DNA of 59,515 bases, the filler included, from Perkinsus olseni (lineage: Eukaryota): NCBI GenBank assembly GCA_013115125.1. It is 2 parts of 2 records of this genome, joined end to end, with 100 filler letters (N's around TTAATTAATTAA, not from the genome) between each part and the next. Parts side by side here need not be neighbours in the genome. Positions count along the whole stretch, not along the records: positions 29,872 to 59,515 come from JABANN010000430.1; 1 more part is not named here. One strand, given 5' to 3'. Positions 51,851 to 59,515 of this stretch are shown here, piece by piece (within the stretch, counting starts at the first letter, position 1; the number at the start of each line of letters is the position of its first letter). Below the pieces are notes generated by a model. The model worked only from the letters and a program-made list of their open reading frames with translations. It made no database searches and was not told the origin of the DNA. Made by a program: the position numbers and the translations under genes.

Positions 51851-52944
51851 TTATTGGCTCTTTTCGACCAGCTGTATTCGGACCACGACCACTTCCGGCG
51901 ACAGGTACTCTTCCTTGGCGATGCGGAGTTTCCCTCCAGCTTTCGCCAGAGCACAAAAGTCGTCCACATCGTGTCGGGCATTTCGGAGGGTGATCGCGAA
52001 AATAGCTTCGCCATCGACCGCGAGAGCTCTTTCGAGCACGCGGACGAGGCCCGGCCAAACAAAGCGATTTCCATAGAGGATCTGAAGAGAGAGGAGCCGG
52101 GAACCAATCTCCCCAGAACGACCTGTGATGTGCGGAAGCGCTACCTCGCAGCAGACGATAACGTCAACACTTCCTTCAATCTCCTTCGGGAAACTGCTCT
52201 CATCCACCCAGTCAAGGGCCAAGGCTTTCGCCCGGCCCTTGAAACGGGGATTCAGCTCCGAGCTGCAGTTGACCTCGAGGAGTGGTAGTAGTTCAGGAAG
52301 GTCCGTTATGAACACCTGACGAGAGAAGAGACCTCCGAGTTCTGACTTGAAAGGCCCAAGCGTAGTGCCGATTGCCGACTGATGGCAAGGTCGCTCCAGT
52401 CACGGCCACGTGCCCACGGAGATCATCCCTGACCAACCTACCTCTGCTGCACCGTCCGCTGCTAGAGCCAGGGAGGTCACACCGGTACCCTCTCCGAGAC
52501 CGAGAACTCGGAGACCCTTATAGCTCCGTCGATGCTTGGCAGCCCAGTTCAAGAACCGAATCTGAAGGAGCTCATAACGACCCAACCGTAAGTCCTTCCT
52601 TCCCACGGCGCCCCACACGATACGACCACTCACCGCTGCATCAAACCACAAGACGCTGCCTAAAGATTCGGATACAGACTCCGGCAGATTCTGGACCAGC
52701 TCCGGCGGTGGGTGAGATTTCTGACAGAAGAAAGTGGCAAAAATCGCCATGCTGAACAGATCCACCCAAGCCATGGAAACATGCCGAGCGCTCGAGTGAA
52801 ATAGCTTACCCTGGAGCATCTCGAATGGGAGCATATCCCCTCGGTGTACGTAGCGCCATCAAACGCTGAGTCATCCACCACGTCAAAGTTGACGACATGG
52901 AAGGGGTGGCCGCGGAAGGTGAAGCGACTGCAGACCCAGTCCAT
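51851..52944 (-). CDS. METTL21/Methyltransf_16-type protein lysine methyltransferase, multi-exon
   Basis: GSVLWFDAA, GLRVLGLGEGTG, VFITDLPELLPLLEVN, LDW, DVIVCCEILY. Confidence 0.82.
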
Positions 52945-53144
52945 CGGTACAGGAACAGGAACAAAGGAACTGCGAGGACGGAGGCGACGGAACAGTGGCC
53001 GAGGAACAATGAAGACTGCTGCTGCAACACAACAGCCAATCCGTCACTTGACAACAAGCCTTTATCAAATTCATGAAGACATCACAACGTCGTCAGCATA
53101 ATGTTACATTGAAGCCACCGCCAGACACAGATGGGACGATCAGC

Positions 53145-56100
53145 TCACACTAGACGCTGGCGTCCTTGCAGTATGGAGAGCGACAAGTTAGGCGCTGGGC
53201 GAGCAAATCCCTTCCTTAACAGACTCCCTTCTCGACGGGCGGGTATTGCCGTCAAAGACGAGTATATAGTGATACTCTCTTCTACTCTACTATACCGAGA
53301 TGAGACCACCGCGGGGCTGCGGACGAGCGGCGTGGATTCAACTGTGGACAAGCACGTGCTCGCGGGACCGCCAATACCGGTTGGCTCGGGCAGCAGAGCC
53401 ATCCTCTTCTCCGAATCGCCGAAACTCTCCGCCCCATCCGGCTCCGGGTCAGCACTTACTCCAGTTCCATCCTGGGACGCGAAAACAGCGGGGCCCACCC
53501 GTCCACTCAAGCTGTCCTCCTCAGGCCCAGCTGAGAAACCTCTGGCCTTCTTTTTCCGGAATCGGTGCGACGACATTTTCAACCGCCGAGAGAACCGCGA
53601 GTCCTCCAATACACAACGCCGAGGGTTGCCCGAGGGTTGACTGGAGGGACTCGGCTCGTGTAGCGGTAGAGGGCCCAAGACTTCCACCTGCCGGGAGTCC
53701 ACGGCCACTGCACCGTGGAAGTCAACACCCGCTGGCTCCTCGACGTCCATTCCACACACCATTTCCACGGAGGCACTTGGCGACACTTTTTCGTTCCGAT
53801 CTCCGCATACTTCTGGCGAGCTCGTGGGTGACCACTCGCCTCGGGTAGCCGTGGTAACGGGCTCTGTACTCGCAGCTTCCGCTTCCTCAATATCCACGAC
53901 CTCGCTTTGTCGTGGACTGTCGCCTCCCCTAGATGAGCTGCCCATGTTCCATACACTATTCGGCGTGAGTGGAGTCTCCTCACTTCCCTTGTCATCTGAG
54001 CTCTTCACAGTAGGAGCATCATCAAACTGCGAAGACAGTGCCGAAGTAACCAGTCCAGTCGAGGCTTCATTGTAGGCAGAGTCCGGCTGTTTTTGCTCAT
54101 CCTGGGACTTTCTAACGCTGCCCTCCCTCCGTCTTCGTCGTGGCAGAGGCTCGAGCGGTGTGTCAGGACTTCCAGCGTCCTCCTCCTCAACACTCAGGAC
54201 CGCAAATTTGGAACTCCTGCTCCCGCCCATGATGGCCCTGGTCGACTCGATTGAGCCGGTCTCACTGCCATCCAAATCCGACTGGTGTGCACGCCCATGC
54301 GCCGCCAGGCTCCGAAGGGGATCGTCGTGCACAACAGAAGCTTCAAGTACGCTACTCTCACACAACCGGCCCGAGGCTTCTCGTTCACCGCTGGCCGAGA
54401 GAGGGGATAGAATCTCCGTCGGTGCGCTCGCCGGGGAACCCAACGGCCGCGTGATACAGTGGGGGTCTGGAAGCTCAGGCTCATGCTCCACCGCCACATT
54501 GGAAGGACCAGCTTGCGGTGGGGTGGAATCCTCATTATAACGCTGATCACCAGCTATACTCGGCGGAGAGCCGCTAAGAGATCGCAGAATCGCTTCACTG
54601 ACCCTACCCCTCCGGGACCATAGGCGGCTACCCCTCGCTCGGCCCGTCGAAGGTGGGGAGGCATGAGTCGCCGAGGAGCTAGCTCGTCCGCCAATCAATG
54701 TCCCCAGAGGTTTCTCGAAACTCGTATCGGAGGAGGCCCTCCTCAGACTTCCACAGAAAAAGGGGCCCTTTCGGCTGCTAACAGGTGGCGGGCCATCCCC
54801 TGTCGGCCTACCTCCCTTGCTGATCTTCCGGACCGTGTGGGTCGGCAGGTCAGTAGTCCTCTCTTCCTCATCTACATGACAGTCACACCGTGCCGTCGTT
54901 CCCCCAGCACTAGAGTTGCTCGAGTCATCCCATGAAGCACGGTCGCTCCCATCGTTGAGCCCAGAACCAATAACCGATACACACGACTGCTCGGGCGCTG
55001 CACCATCGCAGCCCTGCCCCGACAAGACCCACGGCAGAACACCTTCCCGCGGCGCACGGGCCGAACTACACGAGGACATAACTGACACGCTCTCAGAGTC
55101 TTGACCCCTGCATCGAAGCTCATCTACTCCCGCCGTCCCATTCACGGCTGCTGTTTCCGCGTGTTCAATAACGCGGCTACAACGTTCCAACATAATGTCT
55201 TCCACGCTCTCCGAGAGACCCGGACGGGAGTTGTGCCGTGATCTCGGACTTGGACTTAGGGACAGCTCCACTTCTGAGCCACCAGTATCTTCCACACTCT
55301 TATGACCTTCTTCGACCGCACTTTGCGATGGGTCGATGCCCACCAAGTGGGATTCCGGTACGCCAGTGGATGAATCCCCATGCTCTCCAACGTCAGCCGC
55401 TCCTTCCCCCGCACTCACGTCCACGGTATCGCCGAAACGCGGACGGTCGCTGACTTCCTCCGCTACCTGCGATTGCAGGCCTGCAGCACAGTCTTCGCTG
55501 GCGAGGGAACCGTATGCTTCCTTGACGCTATCCGTAGGGTCACTGCCAGATCGAGCAAGCTCCAAGCTCCTGCCGCGAACCGACCTCGCAGTCGGCCGGA
55601 TGCCCCGCTGCCTCGCCTTATAGGATCCCGAGAAAACGGGGGACCTCTTCGAGGCGCTGTACTTCCCAGCCTCGCGACTCATTCCGCGTTCACGGATCTT
55701 CCCGCGTCCAACGGAGCGCAGAGGACCCTTCCCGCGCAATGAAGAGCTTCGACGACTGTTCCCTGTCGCCTTATCCCCGGCCACCGTCTCTCCCTCAGCA
55801 GTACCCGAGGTACGGGCCAGCTCATCCGTTGCCTTCTCACCAGGATCGAGCAGCTCCGTCGTCCCGAGATCAGATAACAGGCCCCCAGACTCGTCGCCAG
55901 GATCCCCACAACTACCAGAAATGCCCGAGGTTGCATCTCCAAGTACCGCATCCAAAGCCGATAGCCCTTCAGCTGTCATCGCACTTGAGGTACTAGTAGC
56001 GCCCATATGTGAGACCTCGACTGACGGTGCCGTGTTCGATACGCCGCCCGATCGCCGAGGGACATCCACTACGCAACACCCGCTCATGACAGAGGTCCCG

Positions 56101-57173
56101 CGTATTGAGGCACCATCAGCGGCACTTAGACGAGAGGTAGATTCCCCCACCTGATTCTCACGCTCTGAAGTAGACAGAGACACCGCCGGCTCCGCCGGGA
56201 ACGCTCGAGCTTCGGGTAGTCTCGCCGTTAGCTTGGCCGACCCACCCTCCTTCGATGGCTGCCTCGCCAATGACGAATCCTCCATTATCAAAGAGCATTC
56301 TGTCTTCCAGCATGCAAGAGGCTCTAATTCCTCCACCTCATAGGTCGGACCATCTGACCCAGGAAAGAGTGCTGAGCCTGGCGAGTCACAAGGTGACTCA
56401 ATCTCTGAAAGGGGGCTTGTAGAGAAGCTATCCTCGATATCAAAACCGTGCGTCAGGGACATGCAGGTCTCATCGAGCTGTTGCATGACCGCATGCAGCG
56501 ATGGCACTGACGACGGTGTGTCCCGTGGACTGCTCTCTTCATTCTGCCTCCTTTGGCTAGCCTGCCTGGCGACCACCACGGATGGAGGACTTATGATACC
56601 CGCATCGAACCTCAAGGGCGAAGCTTCCAATATATCCAGCACCACAGCTCTCGTGAGAGCTACAACGCAAAGATCGAGGAAATCACTGCTGACCTCTGAG
56701 ACAGCTATCCCCATGGCAATCGAGTCAGGTCTACGGACACGGGACTCCCGAGACCCGCGACGAGAGCCCCTTGCGACCACTGTCGACTCTTTTAGCGCGC
56801 TGGCCTTAGAATTCCTCACACTGGGGCCAACCTCAGCGCGCCAGCTTGGAACGCCCCAACAGGACTCCACAGGTGGCGGCTTAGTCTTCACAGGTGCCTT
56901 TTTGGCCTTGGGCTTTGCCACACGGCGTTTACACACTTGGAAAGGACGCATTGGTTCCCGGTTAATACGAACCATCGCGAAGGCATCCCGCTTATCGGCT
57001 TGTGGCCCGACTGTCGGATTCAGCGCACTCGAGGACGAAGATCGCGACCGGGTAGCCTCCCGCCCTATCACCTCAGTAGGCCTCATGAGCCTTCCAAGCT
57101 CTCCCTCCAAGGCTCCCACTGCCCTCCATGCCGCCGAGAAAGTGTCGCTCGAACGGTCATCTTCCATCGACAT
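53145..57173 (-). CDS. Large intronless low-complexity Ser/Gly/Arg/Glu-rich protein (~1340 aa), likely disordered; function unknown
   Basis: 4-kb stop-free frame on the same strand as its neighbours; basic clusters (KRRVAKPKAKK, PRRRRR, RFRKKK); no recognisable domain. Confidence 0.7.
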   Translation of the reverse strand: MSMEDDRSSDTFSAAWRAVGALEGELGRLMRPTEVIGREATRSRSSSSSALNPTVGPQADKRDAFAMVRINREPMRPFQVCKRRVAKPKAKKAPVKTKPPPVESCWGVPSWRAEVGPSVRNSKASALKESTVVARGSRRGSRESRVRRPDSIAMGIAVSEVSSDFLDLCVVALTRAVVLDILEASPLRFDAGIISPPSVVVARQASQRRQNEESSPRDTPSSVPSLHAVMQQLDETCMSLTHGFDIEDSFSTSPLSEIESPCDSPGSALFPGSDGPTYEVEELEPLACWKTECSLIMEDSSLARQPSKEGGSAKLTARLPEARAFPAEPAVSLSTSERENQVGESTSRLSAADGASIRGTSVMSGCCVVDVPRRSGGVSNTAPSVEVSHMGATSTSSAMTAEGLSALDAVLGDATSGISGSCGDPGDESGGLLSDLGTTELLDPGEKATDELARTSGTAEGETVAGDKATGNSRRSSSLRGKGPLRSVGRGKIRERGMSREAGKYSASKRSPVFSGSYKARQRGIRPTARSVRGRSLELARSGSDPTDSVKEAYGSLASEDCAAGLQSQVAEEVSDRPRFGDTVDVSAGEGAADVGEHGDSSTGVPESHLVGIDPSQSAVEEGHKSVEDTGGSEVELSLSPSPRSRHNSRPGLSESVEDIMLERCSRVIEHAETAAVNGTAGVDELRCRGQDSESVSVMSSCSSARAPREGVLPWVLSGQGCDGAAPEQSCVSVIGSGLNDGSDRASWDDSSNSSAGGTTARCDCHVDEEERTTDLPTHTVRKISKGGRPTGDGPPPVSSRKGPFFCGSLRRASSDTSFEKPLGTLIGGRASSSATHASPPSTGRARGSRLWSRRGRVSEAILRSLSGSPPSIAGDQRYNEDSTPPQAGPSNVAVEHEPELPDPHCITRPLGSPASAPTEILSPLSASGEREASGRLCESSVLEASVVHDDPLRSLAAHGRAHQSDLDGSETGSIESTRAIMGGSRSSKFAVLSVEEEDAGSPDTPLEPLPRRRRREGSVRKSQDEQKQPDSAYNEASTGLVTSALSSQFDDAPTVKSSDDKGSEETPLTPNSVWNMGSSSRGGDSPRQSEVVDIEEAEAASTEPVTTATRGEWSPTSSPEVCGDRNEKVSPSASVEMVCGMDVEEPAGVDFHGAVAVDSRQVEVLGPLPLHEPSPSSQPSGNPRRCVLEDSRFSRRLKMSSHRFRKKKARGFSAGPEEDSLSGRVGPAVFASQDGTGVSADPEPDGAESFGDSEKRMALLPEPTGIGGPASTCLSTVESTPLVRSPAVVSSRYSRVEESITIYSSLTAIPARREGSLLRKGFARPAPNLSLSILQGRQRLV

Positions 57174-57441
57174 AACAATGGCAACAATTCCAACTGAGGG
57201 AAAGCGTCGACGTCCACCAATCTTAGCATCTTCCCGCGAGAGCACAACAAAAAAGAGGAGTAGAAATCTAGATTACGAAGAGCAGCCAACGGGATTGAGT
57301 CCAGCAGTAAGTGCAATAATTGTACGTAGTGCAGCAGTAGCATCAGCAGCATCATTATCGGCAGGTCCAGATCTCACTTCCCGGCTGCATACCACTCATC
57401 ATCGGTATCAGCGCTACCACCAATAGTATCATCGCTATCGT

Positions 57442-59172
57442 TCACAGCCCGAAAGTGGTCCTCCTTCGCTTCTGAGGCACCCCTTTGGCCGGGCCGTTGG
57501 TACTGGTACTGCTGCTGGTGCCCTGACTTGGGGGAGAGGGACTCCCAGCTGATGCCCCGCCGTACGAGGACCTGACCATGCGTGCTGCCGTCGCTGCAAC
57601 GCTTGTGGCGGACGAGTTCAGTACCTCGGATTTCAGATAATCGTCGAGTGACCGAACCTTGAGCATGGACCACTCGGCCGAGGTACCAACTTTTCGCGCC
57701 AACGCCTCATCCAGCATCACCCCTATCTGAGTGTTCACTTCCGCCTCCCTCTCCCGGGCTTCCTTCTGCTCCGCTTCGCTATTATCATCGTCCTTATGTA
57801 CTATCGGCGTCAGATGCAGCACCCCTCTAGTATCGTCGATCCAGTCGATATACGTGTAAATCTTCATCCCAGCTTCCTTCTCCTGGAAATGCGTCCGCAC
57901 CTCCTCGACCAAGGCCAGCACATCAGTATTCTTAGTCCCGATCGGAATGCCCTCCAGGACCCTATACTGCCGAGGCCTGTCGTTCACCGCACGGTCCCCG
58001 GCTGCCTCCGACAAATTAACACAGTAGTAGGACTGTGCCAGAGCAACGAAATTGAGGAATTGCTTCTTGTCGTCCTCAGACATCTTCGCCGTGAGCGCAG
58101 CAAAGACCTTCCCCGTGGCCACAGCATCGTACCCAGCCTCATGGAACTTCTCCTCACCCTCGTCGCCATCTAATTTCTTAGAGAACTCGTCCGCCCCGTG
58201 GATCTTCTGTACCACCGGATCCTGCGCGAAGCGCTCGGCCAGCTGTGAGAGGCCCACACCGTGGTAGCCAGACTCTATGGCGATCTGCCGAGTATCGTAG
58301 ACCCCAGAAGGGAACAGCTGTCGCGCTCGGGCCTTGAAGTTGGCCAACTCGCTGGGCAAGTCCTGGTCGAACTGCTGCAGCATCCACATCAAGTCCAGCA
58401 TACCATTGTGTAGGATGATTGGCTTCTTAGCTTGCAGAAGGGCCTTCCAGACTCGTCTAAAGCCAAGCTTCTCCCGTACCAAATCTCGCCTGGATCTTCG
58501 AGTGACGAACCTCTCAGTGTACGCCCCAACGCGGACGGACTCGATCAGGAGGTTGGGGTGGTTGGCCTTGATACGGGCCGTAGCCACTCTGAGAGCTACG
58601 CCTCGCAAGTTGGGTAACTTGAAGGACTCCTGCTCAGGGTCCTTGGCGAACTCTGCCACGGCTTTCACCGCCTTCTCCACGTTCTCCTTTGCCTGTGGGT
58701 TATGTATTTCCGGTAGATTCTCCCCGCTGGAGTCCTCTCGGTTCTCCTTCTCCAAGGCCTCAGCCAGGCGAGACTCCACCACCGCATTGACGTAAGTGAG
58801 GCCCTTGTCGATCCATCGCTGGAAGTCCATCCCTTGCTCCTTCATAAAGGCAATTGCAGCCGAGCACAGAGCCACCGAGGGGACCCAAGTGACGCCCAGG
58901 TCGTTGACCGGGCGAGGAAAGACGTAGAAATTCCAGGCACGATACTCCTCCCCTTTGAAGGCAGCTACCCCAACCTGCATGATACCGTACTTCTTAGCCG
59001 CTATCCGGTTCTTCCTGTACCGGACTGCGGTGGAGTCAGAGCCAGAGGGCTGATGGGCGGCATCATGAATGCCGGTCATTTCCAAGTCGATGGCGATATA
59101 GTCGGCGTCATTCAAGGCAGCTTTCACCGTCTTGAACAGAGCATCATCGAAGTTCGTTGCGTCGACATCCAT
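57442..59172 (-). CDS. PARN: Poly(A)-specific ribonuclease PARN-like (CAF1/DEDDh), intronless, 576 aa
   Basis: IAIDLEMTG, MQVG, NFYVFP, GMDFQRWI.KG, GFRRVW, HNGMLDL, YDT, HEAGYDA; RRM-like IDWIDDT; C-terminal KRRR. Confidence 0.92.
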   Translation of the reverse strand: MDVDATNFDDALFKTVKAALNDADYIAIDLEMTGIHDAAHQPSGSDSTAVRYRKNRIAAKKYGIMQVGVAAFKGEEYRAWNFYVFPRPVNDLGVTWVPSVALCSAAIAFMKEQGMDFQRWIDKGLTYVNAVVESRLAEALEKENREDSSGENLPEIHNPQAKENVEKAVKAVAEFAKDPEQESFKLPNLRGVALRVATARIKANHPNLLIESVRVGAYTERFVTRRSRRDLVREKLGFRRVWKALLQAKKPIILHNGMLDLMWMLQQFDQDLPSELANFKARARQLFPSGVYDTRQIAIESGYHGVGLSQLAERFAQDPVVQKIHGADEFSKKLDGDEGEEKFHEAGYDAVATGKVFAALTAKMSEDDKKQFLNFVALAQSYYCVNLSEAAGDRAVNDRPRQYRVLEGIPIGTKNTDVLALVEEVRTHFQEKEAGMKIYTYIDWIDDTRGVLHLTPIVHKDDDNSEAEQKEAREREAEVNTQIGVMLDEALARKVGTSAEWSMLKVRSLDDYLKSEVLNSSATSVAATAARMVRSSYGGASAGSPSPPSQGTSSSTSTNGPAKGVPQKRRRTTFGL

Positions 59173-59515
59173 TGCGAACGAACAACAGCTGCGATGGTAG
59201 TAAAGTCCCCCCCCCAAGAACTTCAACTCGCAGCGAGACGCAGGGGGTCTTCATCAAACCACTGGTGAAACTCAGACTCGATACTGGAACCCCATTTTTC
59301 GTTTAGAAAGCAATTCTATAATCGAATCTGAGCTTCAGAACTAGTTTACTGAACGGGGGGCCAATTTGCGCGCGAAAATTTGATTTCCGGAGCGGAGCGA
59401 AACAGAACGCTTCATGCTGCGCCGACTTAGCCAACAGTATTACATCGTAGAGAAATGCGGAACGATTTCTTGTGGGGGAAACCTCTAGCTGTGGTTCGAA
59501 GTGATTAGGATCACC

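Noticed and set aside
56461-57426. 321-aa plus-strand ORF and other plus ORFs in 53-59 kb
   Set aside because: Antisense shadows of the long minus-strand ORF and of PARN in GC-rich DNA

Overview
Gene-dense eukaryotic DNA with many short (~45-60 nt) GT-AG introns, flagellar genes and tandem paralog arrays. This fits an alveolate protist, most likely a Perkinsus-like perkinsozoan (inferred from architecture, not proven). Left contig (1-29771): GDP-mannose 4,6-dehydratase, enkurin, a tandem array of 4 (+1 relic) paralogs of an unrecognised secreted protein family sharing a near-identical leader/signal-peptide cassette, LCMT1, Dim1/TXNL4A, TMEM234 (hAT transposase relic in its large intron), MPP-beta, and two head-to-head intronless amino-acid permeases separated by a 665-bp PIF/Harbinger-type MITE (17-bp TIRs, CTG target duplication). 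A Tc1/mariner-like end runs into an artificial N/TTAATTAATTAA linker. Right contig (29872-59515): about 3 kb of decayed sequence, then an unbroken minus-strand run of six HSL-type alpha/beta-hydrolase paralogs (intact, frameshifted and internally deleted copies), a SCAMP-like protein, DNAAF3, a HCxxGxxR phosphatase missed by the ORF track, a METTL21-like methyltransferase, a ~1340-aa disordered protein and a PARN-like deadenylase. All multi-exon models were built by eye, so boundaries are approximate, and no database searches were run.
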